From Eledone cirrhosa (taxonomy: Eukaryota): a DNA stretch of 64,000 nt. The translations under genes were made by a program, and so were the position numbers. The notes beneath the pieces were generated by a model, which saw only the letters and a list, made by a program, of their open reading frames with translations, did no database searches and was not told the DNA's origin. The DNA is taken from the NCBI GenBank assembly GCA_964016885.1, contig OZ024742.1, positions 149,358,001 through 149,422,000 on the forward strand, in the 5' to 3' direction. Below, piece after piece: positions 11,755-26,006 of the stretch (positions within the stretch are counted from its first letter, which is position 1; each line of letters opens with the position of its first letter).

Positions 11755-13200
11755 TGCATTTATCTTGATTTATGTTTATACGAGTTATCACCAAGTCACA
11801 ACCAGTGACCTCAAGAGACAACAAGGTCCGCCATGTTCAAGAAAGAACACACATATTCACACATGCATCCTTAGTGTTTAGACTTGTGATGTACTTATAT
11901 TGACAGGATCTTCCTTAGTATATGGGCAGTTCCCATTAGTACTATCTTTTGTATTTCTCCTATACGCGGGTTTCCTGGGATTTGCGATAAGTAGTCGTTA
12001 GACCCCTTAGGTATCATTCCCAGAGCGCCTACAACCACTGGTATTGTTTTAGTTCTCAATTTCCACATTTTTCCAATTTCTATCTCCAGGTCCTTATACT
12101 TGCTCAATTTTTCAAATGTTTTTATAGATACATTCTTGTCTATTGGAACAGACATATCAATTAGCAGGCATACCCTCCTTTGAAAGTCCTTCAATATTAT
12201 ATCAGGTCTATTTGCATCTATTTTTCGGTCTGTTTGGATGCTAAAGTTCCACAAGATTGAGATGTGATCTTTTTCAAGTATGGGGGGTGGTTGATGCTCC
12301 CACCAATTCTTTTGATGGGGCAGGTCAAAATGCTTACACATTATCCAATGTATGTATTGTGCAGCTCTGTCATGCCTGTTTAGGTATTCGGTTGGAGCTA
12401 TAGGACTGCACATTGAAATTATATGGTCAATGGTCTCTGGTTGTTTTTTGCATACACGGCATAATGGGCTGCACCCATTTTTTATTATGTTGGCTTGGTA
12501 ATTTTTTGTTGGCAGACACTGATCTTGTGCGGATATAATCAGTCCTTCAGTCTCCGATTTCAGTCCAGAGGATGCCAACCACTGATGGGTTAAAGTTTTG
12601 TCAACATCAGGATTGTTAGCTCGCTCTGGGTATTTTCCATACAGAAGCTTTTCTTGCCATTTCTTAGCCAGTTTCTGTAGCAGTTCTTTCTTTGCAGTTA
12701 CTTTTACCTGCTTTGCTTTTTCTGTGTTTTCCATTTCAGCAGTAAATGGGACTTCTGAAATTTGTAGTCCATTACTGTATCTTTGTGCATCTTTTGTAAT
12801 GGAATATGATCTTTTGGTGCTTTCGTGTTTCAAAACGAGTTTGATCATCCAATCATGTGATTCCCTTAGATATGTGGATAATCCAATTGTTGCAGTTTTC
12901 AACGCAATGTCTAACTGGATTAACCCACGTCCTCCTTCTTTCCTAGGGAGATATATTCTATCTATGTCTGCCTTAGGGTGATGCATTCTGTGCATGGTTA
13001 AGAATTTTCGGATTTTTGTATCGAGCCTACGGATCTCTGTGCTTGACCAGTTGATGACATTGTAACTGTAGGTTACTACTGGTATGGCAAGCGTGTTTAT
13101 GGCATCGATCCTATTCCTTGCATTCAATTCCGTTCTTAAGATTGCTCTGACTCTGCGGTAACATTCCTTCCTTATCCTTTCCCTCATTGTCGAGTGTCAA
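11725..13200 (-). mobile_element. 5'-truncated RLE non-LTR retrotransposon, R4/Dong-like
   Basis: ORF with RT C-terminus, CCHC finger and RLE; ~140-bp 3'UTR ending in (TAA)n at 11727-11753. Confidence 0.85.
11895..13187 (-). CDS. C-terminal part of non-LTR polyprotein: RT thumb, CCHC zinc finger, restriction-like endonuclease
   Basis: YLPRKEGGRGL, LKSETEGLIISAQDQ, CRVC..ETIDHIISMC, YLNRHD, RPDIILKD..LLIDMSVP..KLSKYKDL. Uninterrupted 430 aa. Confidence 0.9.
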   Translation of the reverse strand: MRERIRKECYRRVRAILRTELNARNRIDAINTLAIPVVTYSYNVINWSSTEIRRLDTKIRKFLTMHRMHHPKADIDRIYLPRKEGGRGLIQLDIALKTATIGLSTYLRESHDWMIKLVLKHESTKRSYSITKDAQRYSNGLQISEVPFTAEMENTEKAKQVKVTAKKELLQKLAKKWQEKLLYGKYPERANNPDVDKTLTHQWLASSGLKSETEGLIISAQDQCLPTKNYQANIIKNGCSPLCRVCKKQPETIDHIISMCSPIAPTEYLNRHDRAAQYIHWIMCKHFDLPHQKNWWEHQPPPILEKDHISILWNFSIQTDRKIDANRPDIILKDFQRRVCLLIDMSVPIDKNVSIKTFEKLSKYKDLEIEIGKMWKLRTKTIPVVVGALGMIPKGSNDYLSQIPGNPRIGEIQKIVLMGTAHILRKILSI

Positions 13201-13308
13201 TAACATTCTTTTCTTTGATTTTTCTCTTGATTTCACTTGGGCTGTGTAATTTGTAGAATGGGAATATTATAAATACATATATATATATATGTATGTATAT
13301 ATATATAT

Positions 13309-13588
13309 CCGGGAGAGATGAGCCCTTAGCCTTTGTCAAGGCAGAATTTTAGGAGTAGGAAAACTCTGATATAACACCTGCAACCCTGATGGTAGCCAAT
13401 GATGTTGACTTAAGAGAGTGGGACTGGCTTTGTGCAGTGTAGTGTTTGTACCAGAGTTTTCAAGTCGCTGGCTGGACTAAAATACTCGTTCAGTGCATCG
13501 TTCACACTCGTTCAGCGCATCGGTAGGGGTTCTCCTACATGGATATAAAGTAGTAGCCGTACTCGAAAACGAGTTGGCAGTCACCATG
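13309..13588 (+). mobile_element. Bipartite RTE-like element, truncated and internally deleted copy
   Basis: Homologous to 10612-11028. Confidence 0.65.
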
Positions 13589-13950
13589 GATATATATATG
13601 TATGTATATATATATATGTATGTATATATATATGTATGTATGTATATATGTATGTATATATGTATGTATATATATATATATATATGTATGTATATATATA
13701 TATATATATATGTATGTATATATATATATATGTGTATGTATATATGTATGTATGTATATATATATGTATGTATATATATATATATGTATGTATATGTATA
13801 TGTATATATGTATGTATATGTATATGTATATATATATGTATGTATATGTATATGTATGTATATATGTATGTATATGTATGTATGTATATATATATATGAA
13901 TATATATATATATGTATATATATATGTATGTATGTATATATGTATGTATG

Positions 13951-14552
13951 TCAGGTCACCAGTTGGTGCTACTGGTAACATGTATCCCAGTACAACCTGT
14001 CACATGGTCGTTGGCGACTAAACTGGCAACCCCACCAAGGTTTCTTGGTGAGGAGGGTCACTTTGGACATCCTGCAGGACTAAAAACAAAACCTGTCAAA
14101 GGGCAAAGGAGCTCTTAAGAGTCAATGGCCATCCAAAATCACTGGGTGAGATGACCCCTTAGCCTTTGTCAAGGCAGAATTCTAGGAGAAGGAAAACTCT
14201 GATATAACACCTGCAACTCTGATGGTATCCAATGATGTTGACTTGTTCTTCTTTTTGGTAAACATCATCTTGGTTAAGAGAGTGGGACTGGCTTTGTGCA
14301 GTTCCTTTGCTCACTATAAAAGTTTCACGGCACAGGCATTGCTTTGTATCTGGAGATCTCTCTTCACTTGTCGTCACATGGTACCATGGGCCTAGCACTA
14401 TGTGTCAATAATTGTCACAGGTGTAGTGTTTGTACCAGAGTTTTCAAGTCACTGGCTGGACTAAAGTTACATTCGTTCAGCGCATCGGTAGCAGTTCTCC
14501 TACATGGGTATAAAGTAGTGGCCGTACTCGAAAACGAGTTGGCAGCCACCAT
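13951..14552 (+). mobile_element. Bipartite RTE-like element, near full length, (TATG)n tail
   Basis: Collinear with 10436-11028. Confidence 0.7.
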
Positions 14553-14553
14553 G

Positions 14554-14585
<32 letters not shown>

Positions 14586-15128
14586 TGTATGTATGTATGT
14601 ATGTATATTTAACCATTCTGTTGAGAGCTTTAATTCGATTTGTGATATTTTGCATTCTCGCAATAATACACAACTGAATCATTCGCTTAATAGAGGTGTT
14701 ACCTCCCTTGCTGAATCCCACGAGGGGTCAGTAATAGCTACACTATCTATAGCATATTGGAGCAAAACCCGTTGAAAACACGACTGCCTTGTTCATCATC
14801 TCACCAGAAGCCCAACATTCTTTATGTAGGCGGACAGTACCTGATTTGGAGTCGCAGAAACCAATACTGGATTTTACCATCAGTCCAGGGTCCGGGAAAG
14901 TATCAACACATATATTTTTATTGTTTGACCCGAATTACTTGGTCGTTTTGATTTTGGCTGTGCGGATGATATGTTTAACCATCATCTCAGTGTGTTTGGC
15001 CCTTAACGTATGTTGTAGCTCTGATTCATATGATTCATCGAGCGCTTGCCACACATATCGGACGTTGATTTTCGTTAATTCCTGAGCTGAAAACGATTCT
15101 CGCTAATTTATATTTGTATATATATGTG

Positions 15129-15162
<34 letters not shown>

Positions 15163-15326
15163 TGTATGTATGTATGTATGTATGTATGTATGTATGTATG
15201 TATGTATGTATGTATGTATGTATATATATATATGTATGTATATCAAAGGTAATATCTCTTTCTTAGAGCTATTTTGTTGTAAGAGACTATTTTGAGTTCC
15301 TAACTCAATATATACCTTTATATATG

Positions 15327-15362
<36 letters not shown>

Positions 15363-15554
15363 TATATGTATGTATATATGTATATATATGTATATATATA
15401 TATGTATATATGTATATATATATATATATGTATATATGTATATATATATGTATATATATGTATATATATGTATACATATATGTATATATATATGTATATA
15501 TATATATCTATATATATGTACATATATACGTATATAGATATATGTATATATATG

Positions 15555-15659
<105 letters not shown>

Positions 15660-15729
15660 GTATATGTATATATATATGTATATATAGATGTATATGTATA
15701 TATGTATATATATGTATATGTATATATAT

Positions 15730-16270
15730 TTCAGACGTTCAATCATCTGGCAGGAAGGTATACGTTGCTGACGATAGCTAATAAGCTTGAAACTAGTACA
15801 GCGTTCTATATATACATACTACTGTACGTCTGTATACATATATGAATGTACGTGTACATACTTATATTTAAGTAACAGCCGTACTAAGAGTGGGAAATGA
15901 AATTTCGTTTCATTTTTTCCGATTATCGTTTTCGGTGCACCCGGCCGATTAACCCACTCGATATTCAAATTGGGCTACTCAGCCGTTAATATGCATAAGG
16001 AAAGTATATACTTTCAGACGTTCAATCATCTGGCTGGAAGGTATACGTTGCTGACGATAGCTAATAAGCTTGAAACTAGTACAGCGTTCCTTTGTCAGTG
16101 TTGAATAAACGAGCAACGATGGCTGCTAGACACTGTACGGCTTAATACGCGGTGTTTGTTTACAAACACACCGAGCATTATAATAAATGTTCGGTGAATC
16201 CATACGTACGTATATATATGTGTGCATGTATGTGTATATATATACATACTACTGTACGTCTGTATACATA
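15730..16270 (+). mobile_element. HHR family B tandem (two HHRs at 15763-15803 and 16046-16086; first unit internally deleted)
   Basis: cgttg-CTGACGA-tagctaataagctt-GAAAC-ta-GTA-cagcg occurs twice. Confidence 0.8.
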
Positions 16271-16459
16271 TAGATAAACACAAATATAAACATAAATGTT
16301 ACAATTCGAAGACATGTATGTTTATATTTGTGTTTATCTCTCTTGTATATTCAATTATATTATACGGCTCAGAAAAACTTCTTTCTTCGAGCTATTTAAT
16401 TGTAAGAGACTATTTTGAGTTTCAAACTCAATATCTGATATATATATGTATATATATAC

Positions 16460-16538
16460 ATTGTGTTGTAACATAAATTTCCCGCCGTTTTTTATTATGA
16501 AGTTTTATAACAACGGTGGGAATTTATGTTATAACACA

Positions 16539-16540
<2 letters not shown>
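16460..16540. repeat. Imperfect hairpin, ~30-bp arms
   Basis: ATTGTGTTGTAACATAAATTTCCCGCCGTT ... AACGGTGGGAATTTATGTTATAACACAAT. Confidence 0.7.
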
Positions 16541-16621
<81 letters not shown>

Positions 16622-18783
16622 TGTATGTATAGTATATTGGGCAATATACCGTATGTTTAATTAAAAACATTTTGAAGACCTTGCGCTATTATTTTTAAAG
16701 TAGTGACTATGTCACTTACTTCTTTTTTCGGCAAAGGAAGGGAGAGAAGCTGACAGATTCTGTTTCACACTGTTAGTGATCCTATATGTATATATAAAAT
16801 AGTTTGGTACTAGTATAATTACTGTTTTTATTATTTTATAAGTTTTGTTGCAACTATATTATTTCAGAAGGTAATTATATTTAAATTTGTTCAGGTAACA
16901 CCATTTTGAAATGAAGATATCAATCTATTGATTTATGTCATTGGTTTTGGGTTTACTTTATCTTGTTTATATTCGAGCAATTTTATTATATGAATCCTAA
17001 AAGGAACACAAAGAAGCAGAAATCATGTAGTATCAACTCATTATTCAGACGTTCCAACCTCTAAAAACCCAAACGGGGAGAAATGAGGCAAAATGGGGAG
17101 ATTTTACATAATGAAAGCTATACCCATTTTCATAAGAGCAGAAATCTCTCACCCAACCCAGTGGATGGGAGATTTCTCCATCTGACGGGGAGAGTTGACA
17201 GGTTGACATTATTAGTTACCATGGAGGGTGGATTGGCAGCATAGAGTTATGGCCTTTTACGTTTTGAGTTCAAATCCCGCCGAGGTTTGCGTTGCCTTTC
17301 ATCCTTACGGGGTCGATAAAATAAAGCAACAGTAATGCACTGGGGTAAATTCTGGTCTTGTGCCTAAAGTAGAAGCAATTATTGGTTACCATGTTCTGAC
17401 AGAGAAGACGAGAATCGTGAGATGTAAAAGGTCACGGGCGACTTTCTGTGATTAAAGCGGATCAACTTAAAATAACCTGCTAGATTGCAAAACTAATCGT
17501 TGACTATTCAACAGTTATTTTTAAATTTGCACCGTATTGAAAAGTAAAAATAATGCCTTTCCAATGAATGCTGCTGGAAGTTAAGATACAAAAAAATGCC
17601 GTTATGAAGTCTGCTCTGCGCTTGTTTTGCTCAACAAAAACGATCCATTTGTATTTATTACATTTTGACACATGACGAAAAATGTAAGTAAATCTATTAT
17701 TACACCATATTAGAAGGGCATTCGACAACATACTTTCCGTCATGTAGTTACGTCTCTTTACCTTCTGAGTTCGAATCCCACCGAGGTTAGCTTTGCGTTC
17801 ATCCTTATGGGGTCGTTAAAATATAGTGCGATTCAGCTCCCCTCAAATTATCGACCTTGTGCTTAAATCAGAAACCAATATTACACCCGAGACGGTGGTG
17901 GTTATAATTTATTTTTAATTTTAAAGGTAGTACTGATCAGCTGAGAAAAACAAGTTCTTCTCTATTTCATATTTTGAAAATGACTGCAGGAAATAATCGA
18001 ACTGTTCTCTGAAATTGTATCTCACCCAGCTAACTGATGCGTCTTTGCTCACATGTTTGTTTCTCGACCAGAGTTTATCTTGGGCTAAACAACAACCACT
18101 CCCATTTAAATTTCTGTTTGAATAAAGGTCAGGTCATAGTTTGTGATTAAAAACAAATGAATAATCTTCCACACACGTTCAAACATGATATCATCTCTAC
18201 TTTCTTATCAACTCTTCCACTAACTAAACTCTGACGTACTCACCATACTCATCTAATATGTCACAACACACTACTGCTAATTGCTAATTACTTTAGAATA
18301 ACTATCCATTTTACTATCACTCATGTTGATTATAACCATTGTGAATGAAAATTTCACCCGAAACAGAACTACTATTTCACATAGTCTATTATTCTCTCTT
18401 GAAGATGATTTATGAACGTGGTTAAATTTCTATCTTTTAGGCACATTAATATCTGTCTGCTCACTAGCACAACTGTAAGATTTTTCTTGCTACAAAACAT
18501 TCCGCAGAAAATTAGTTTATTATTATTTTATTGATTTGCTGCTGTTATTGTTGTTGGTGTTTCTTAATCATCATGTTTCGGCTGCTTGTGAAAGACAAAA
18601 ATAGAGATAGAGACATTTTGGAAGCCATATGTTTTGTTTTGAGATTTCACAAAGAAAAACAGTTATTTATTTTGTAATTTTTGCCCCTAAAGCAGACATA
18701 CAAAAAAAAGGTGGTTTCCTTAAATCGCAAAAAATAAAATAGGGTATTTTCAGAACTATAAAACGGGTAAAATTATCAATAAT

Positions 18784-18970
18784 TGTTTCCACTTTAGGCA
18801 CAAGGCCAGCAATTACCCAGTGCATTACTGGTACTTTATTTTATCGACCCCGTAAGGATGAAAGGCAAAGTCAACCTCGGCGGGATTGGAACTCAGATCG
18901 TAAAGGCACGTAACTATGCTGGAAAGCATGGCGTCCGACCCTCCACCGATACTGCCAATCCACCGCCCCT
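18784..18970 (-). mobile_element. SINE family A, full length with 16-bp TSD; first of a cluster of copies extending to ~20460
   Basis: TSD TAAAATTATCAATAAT on both sides. Confidence 0.85.
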
Positions 18971-20636
18971 TAAAATTATCAATAATGGGACTAAATTCGG
19001 AGAGAAGTGAAATCATGCGTGTATAATTCAGAAACAAATATACAATAATTGTTTCTACTTTTGGCACAAGGCCAGCAATTACCCCCAGTGCATTACTGGT
19101 GCTTTATTTTATCTATTCCGTAACGATGAAAGGCAAAATTGACCTCGACGGGATTTGAACTCAGAACGTAAAGGGCCATAACTCCATGCTGCAAAGCATG
19201 TTGTCTGACGCTCTACTCATACTGGCAATCCGCCGCCCAAATATATAATAATTGTTTCTACGTTAGGCACAAGGCCAGCAATTACCCAGTGCATTACTGG
19301 TACTTTATTTTATCGACCCCGTAAGGATGAAAGGCAAAGTTAAGCTTGGCCCAAATATATAATAATGATTTCTAGTATAGGCCATTAATTTGGGGGAGGG
19401 GAAAGTCGATTAAATCGACCCAGTGCATTACTGGTGCTTTATCTTATCGACTCCATAAGGATGAAAGGCAAAGTTAACCTCGGTGGGATTTGAACTCAGA
19501 ATGTAAATAGCCAAAAGTCTGTGTTGCAAAGCATGGCGTCAGACCCTCTACCGATACTGCTAGCCTTCTTGTTAGTTTCACCACAAACAAAATTGGCAGA
19601 GTCGTAAGGGCATTAGATTAAATGCCTCGGTATTAGTTCCGGCTTTCTGTGCTCTGAGTTCAAATCCCGTGGAGAGATTTGGAATAAAGAAAATACTTCG
19701 TCAATGTAATTTTCATGACGTGTAAACGTTTGGTGACGTAAACTAGAACGCAGCATATATTTGAAGATCTTAAAGTAAACAAGGTAGATTTAATTACAGT
19801 TTTCTTAATTAGAAGCTTTCGCTGTAAAATGAATGACGTTTGCAAATTATGCAAAATAAACTGGTTATTTCATATATATTCTATATTCTGCATGAAATAT
19901 ATACATTCACAGGAAAGCCTACAATATATATTTATTATAAATAAATATATCCTATATGCCCTCATATACACCTGCATTATGATTGGCAGTATCGGTAGAG
20001 GGTCGGACGCCATGCTTTCCAGCATAGTTACGTCCCTTTACGATCTGAGTTCAAATCCCGCCGAGGTTCACTTTGCCTTTCATCCTTACGGGGGTCGTAG
20101 AAACAATTATGATTCACGCTATGCTAGTGCTACTGCTAATATATTATGTTTGTTTATATCGATGATGTATTATTATTGCAACCAACAATAGTGCGGTGGA
20201 TCGGTAGTATCGGTAGAGTGTCGAAAACCATACTTCGCGGCATAGAGTTGCGTCCCTTTACGTTCTGATTTCAAATCCCGCTGAAGTTAGCTTTGCCTTT
20301 CATCCTTAAGGGGTCGATAAGATAAAGCACCAGTAATGCACTGGGTCGATTTAAGGGGTTGATAAAATAAAGTATCAGTCACGCACCGGGGGTCGATTTA
20401 ATCGACTTTCCCCTTCCCTGCAAATTACCGGCCTTGTGCCTAAAGTCGAAACAATTATAATCGCAGCCAACATGCTTTTGGTCACTTTATTCTTGGTGTC
20501 ACACGTTATTAACTTTTTATGTTTACTCTGGATGAAAACGTATTAACTTTTCACGCTATTGAGTGCTTTTGTGACTGTTCCAAAACATTCGATTGGTATC
20601 TGCTATAGTACGGCTACAACTTCAATTTATACCCAC

Positions 20637-20667
<31 letters not shown>

Positions 20668-21346
20668 ATATTTATATATATAACCAGCAGTTTTCTTCTC
20701 ACCCATATTTTCATATATTTACCCAAACTGCAATTCTCTGTTTCTCTCTTTCTCTCTTACTGCTCCCTCGTTCTCTCTGTTTCTCTTACTTTCTTTCGTC
20801 CCCTCTGCCATGTCAGTTAACTCTTTCTCTCTACTGACCTCTTGCTCGCACTCCCACTCACTCAGTCCCTGTTTCTCCCCTTCTTTCTTCCTCCCGTTCG
20901 CTGGGAAAACGGTTTCATTCTTTCTAACACCGGATTCACTAGCGAAAGGTCTTCCTGTGTTGTTTACTTTTCTCACTCGCTTTACGCGTTTCCATTGTCC
21001 TAATAACTTATTTTAGTTATTATCGCTCCAACGTGAGGTATATGATTTTTAATGCGATGAAATACCCATGATCGTTTGGTAAATCACTGATGAGGGACTC
21101 ATTTTATAACATGTTATCCATGTGCAACCAGCAGTTTTCTTCTCACCCATATTTTCATATATATATATATATATATATATATGAAAGAAATAGGATTTCG
21201 CTTCAAGCATAGCTTTATACAATATGTATAAATATTTCGTATCTCCAAAGAAATACGGTTTTAGGAAACCGTAGTTATGCAAACACCGGGGAGGGGGGGG
21301 GGGGGACTAACGCCCTCTGGTGATGTCCAGCAGAAGCAAGGGGGAC

Positions 21347-21392
21347 AACCGTCTATGCATTTCAGGCTTAACTGGCCTTCGTCAGGACGGTC
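21347..21392 (-). ncRNA. Minimal hammerhead, family F
   Basis: gaccgtc-CTGACGA-aggc cagttaa gcct-GAAAT-gc-ATA-gacggtt, in a ~255-bp segment (21183-21437) flanked by (TA)n. Confidence 0.8.
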
Positions 21393-21442
21393 CCTCCCAC
21401 CGCTTGCGACTGCTGGACTAGAAGACAGGCGAGAATATATAT

Positions 21443-21562
<120 letters not shown>

Positions 21563-21657
21563 GTGAAAAAAATATATATATATAGTGAAAAAAAACAGTA
21601 GAAAATGCTAAAGGGATTTTCTCTCAGATTAACATCAAAACATTTATTTACAATATA

Positions 21658-21720
<63 letters not shown>

Positions 21721-22077
21721 ATAAGGTTTCGCACATTAATGACAACACACACACACACATACACAAACATAACCAGACAATTGCGCATATACACCGACAT
21801 ATTTATATGCACAGAAACACACATATAATCATATAATATAAATAATCATGTTATAATATAAACAATACTAATCGGTATTTTATAAAAGGTTCTTCAAAAG
21901 TCTAATAAACAAACAATCAAACGGTTCTTTTGATTGTCAACAATAACTACAGTTATATCTATGAATGCAATCATGCTGTCATATTAATAATGTCTAAAAG
22001 ATAAAAGCAATGTTTATAAAATTACTAAAGCATGTTATTACCTCGCTGATAATTCTAAACAGCTCAATTTGTCAACA

Positions 22078-22233
<156 letters not shown>

Positions 22234-23057
22234 TATATATATATATATATTGAGTTTCAGAAGATCCCGTTAAGGGTGAAAGCAGCGATTCTTTGCTTAA
22301 ACTTTAATCTGTTATTTTATATGTGTAAATATATATATATATGTGTATATATATATATATATATAATGTATGTGTGTGTGTGAAATTAAGGTGTAAGTGG
22401 CTGAGAATGCCACAAATACTGGCCCTTCTTATTACAGATACAACTCATTTTTGCGAATTAAGCGGACTGGAGCAGCGTGAAATAAAGTGTCTTGCTCAAG
22501 GACACAACGCACCACAGTCTTCACACATACACAGACACACACCGCGGTCTTCATACTGACACAGACACACACACAAATACATACATTTACTTGTGTGTGT
22601 GTACGACCAGCTTATGCATAGTTTAAGTTAATGAAATTCTTCTTAAAATGTATCAGTCAGCCTGAGGCTATTGCTGAAAATACTTGTGTCAGGTGCCGTG
22701 AAATTCTTAACTATGCAGCTATTGCTTTTCTTGAATTATTTACTAACTTAACTCTGGAGTTAGGTTTCTTCACCTACACCTAACTCAGCAAGATGCACTG
22801 CTTTAATTCAATATAATTTATATATACGCGAATGAACCTTAAGAATGTGAATAAATTATAATAAATTAGTTGAAGAAGCTTGGCTCCATGCAGAGATAAG
22901 TTTCTGATGGAATTTTATTTAAACAGACGATCACGCTTAAGAGTTATAGAGTTGAGTTAAAACATAATGTTTATGTACCCGAAACTCATGATGGAGTCGC
23001 AGGGGCGCCATATTGACATATAACGTGTCTTGGGCATTTAATACCAGTCGATTTCTT

Positions 23058-23111
<54 letters not shown>

Positions 23112-24266
23112 GACCCCAGTACTGAATTGGCACTATATTTTTCGATCCCGAAAGGATGAAAAGCAAAGTTGACGGTATTTGAAATCAGAACCTAGAGAGC
23201 AGGAACGAATACATCAAAGCATTCTATCCAACATTCCAATGACTGCCAATTAAAATCATAGTGGTCCAAATGGTAGCATGATTATACCGTAACCAGGAGA
23301 ATGGAGTTTGATTCTTATGAGAGAGTTGTGTGTTTTTTGCTTTTCCGATGACAACTATATATTCTTTACATTATTGGCAGTATCAGTAGAGGGTCGGACG
23401 CCATGCTTTGCAGCACAGTTACGTCCCTTTACGGACTGAGTTCAAAACCCGCCGAGGTTAACTTTGCCTTTCATCCTTAAGGGGTCGTAAATGAGGCAAA
23501 ATGTGGAGATTTTACATAATTTTTCACAAGAGAAGACATCTCTCACCCATCATAAAGTGAGTGGCAGATCTCCCCATCCGACGAGGAAAGTTGACAGGTC
23601 TGTGTCACCCTGAATCTCCCTGAAAATGACATAAGCTTACACGTGTCTGTGGAGTAATAAATCACTTACACGTTAATTCACTGAGAAGGTCGTTTCATTG
23701 ATCGAATAACTGGAACGTTCACCGCTGAAACCGACGGAGGTCCGTACACTTTACTTATCTACATATATCCACGCATATAATGATTTCTACTTTAGGCACA
23801 AGACCAGCGAATTTCGGAGACGGGAATATCGATTATGTCAACGACCAACTACTTGACAGAGACTTTATTTGATCGACCTCGAAAGGATGGAAGGAAAAGT
23901 TGACTTCAGTGAGATTTCAACTCCGAACGTAAAGAGTCGAAATAAATGCCGCAAAACATATTGTTCGACGCTCGAACGATTATGCCAATCCATCACGCTA
24001 ATACGTGCATATAATGATTTCTAATTTAGGCACAAGACCAGCAAGTTATAGAACGGGGAAAGCCGATTAAATTGACCCCAGTACTGATACTTAATTTTAT
24101 CAACCCCAGAAGGATGAAAGGCAAGGTTGGCCTCGGCTTGATGTGAATCCAGAAAGTAGAGGGCTTTAATGAAATACTGCAAAGGATTTCATCTGATGCA
24201 ATAACGATTCTTACAATCAACCACCCTCATGTAATGATAAATAATGCCTTACAATAAATGAATCTG

Positions 24267-24356
<90 letters not shown>

Positions 24357-24722
24357 ACACACTCACACTCACAGACAAGAAGGCCCGCGAGCGATATGTG
24401 CATAATTAGCACCAAATTTTAAAATATAGGCATTTCATAACAGCTAGTTACTTCATATCGTATTTCATGATATAAATACATATTACTGCCTCATGAAATA
24501 CTGATTTTATTTGAAGAATATAGATGTGCTGCTGATATATTCCTTATTTATGGTGCACAATACAAGAACATATGGTGCTGTTGGTTAGGATTTGATGCAC
24601 ACTACTTAAAAACAATTTCTTAAATTGATAAGATAATTTGGTTTGTGTGTGAGACCTTCGTCGGTTCTGACAATGGGTGTTCCTAAACATACATACATAC
24701 ATTTATACATACATACTCTCTC

Positions 24723-24799
<77 letters not shown>

Positions 24800-25074
24800 C
24801 ATATATAAGTCAACAGGTAAACATTAACTTAACCTGTTGATTTATATTTCATAAAATTAACTTAACCTGTTGATTTATAAATATACTCCGGAATAAACAG
24901 ACCCACCCGCGCGCTTCGTCGAGTGCTCTACCCTGCATACTGAAGTATCGGTGATTAATCAACACATAGTCGAATTTTATATATATGTATATATATATTC
25001 TTTCATTCGGGTTTCTATAATCTAAACTTTTAATTGTAAAAACTGTATCGACTATCATATTAAATTATTGTTGC

Positions 25075-25770
25075 ATCTCCAGACCAGCCTACTCGTAAAA
25101 TTAACGTGCAAGTGGCTGAGCATTCCATGGACACGTATACCCTTCATGTATTAATAGTTCTCAGGGAGATTCAGTGTGACACAGGGTGTAACAAGGCTGA
25201 TCTATTTGAATTACAGATACAACTTGTTTTTGCCAGCTGAGTGAACTGGAGCAATACAAAATCTAATGCTTCGCCCAGGGACACAATGCGTTATTAAGAA
25301 CCGAACTCACGCCCTTACAATCGTGAGCCGAAAACCCTAACCACTAAGCCATGCGCCTCTACAATTTACAATGTAAAACAAAGACGGGGTTATAATACAT
25401 TTATATGTATGCGATCTATGAATTAATGTTTAATTGATTAGTCAGAGGTTCAGTGAAAGCACATAGATTAATGGTTAGGGTGATTAACTCATGATTGTAA
25501 GGTCATGAGTTCGATTCTCGAACTGGGCGATACGTTGTGTCCTTGAACAATACACTTTATTTCATGTTACTTCAGTTCATTCAGCTGGCAAAAATGAGTT
25601 GTGCCAATAATTTAAGGGGCCAGCCTTGTCATATATTGTGTCACGCTGAATCTCTGTTAAGGGGGCACATATCTGAGGGATGCTTAGACACCTATTTGTT
25701 AATTTCATGAGTAAGCAGTTCTGTTGACTCAATCAACTGGAGTACTCGTCGTGGGAAACGACGGATGTCA
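25075..25770. mobile_element. Two SINE family B copies head-to-head (25075-25358 minus, 25450-25770 plus)
   Basis: tRNA-like heads (TGGCTTAGTGGTTAGGG..GAGTTCGGTTC / ATGGTTAGGG..GAGTTCGATTC) plus the shared body. Confidence 0.7.
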
Positions 25771-25823
25771 AAAACACACCTGTCAAGACCTATTGGAAGA
25801 AAGAAAGAAGCTCTTATCAGACC

Positions 25824-26006
25824 CAGGGCTGGATTAAGTCCTTTTGAAGCCCTAAGCACATAAAAGATTATGGTGCCCCTCCCCATAAAGTTTACAAAAT
25901 TTATTTTAAAAATGATAAATATAATTAGTTTGAATAAAACGAATCCCCTCTTCCCGTGATGGCTCTAAGTGTGTGCCTATTTTTCTTAATAGTTAATCCA
26001 ACCTTG
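25824..26006. mobile_element. hAT-like MITE
   Basis: TIRs CAGGGCTGGATTAA / TTAATCCAACCTTG; imperfect 8-bp TSD ATCAGACC/ATCTGACT. Confidence 0.65.

Noticed and set aside
12598-12981. 127-aa plus-strand ORF
   Set aside because: Antisense shadow of the LINE ORF.
21085-21125. CTGATGAG box
   Set aside because: No downstream GAAA-stem III partner found.
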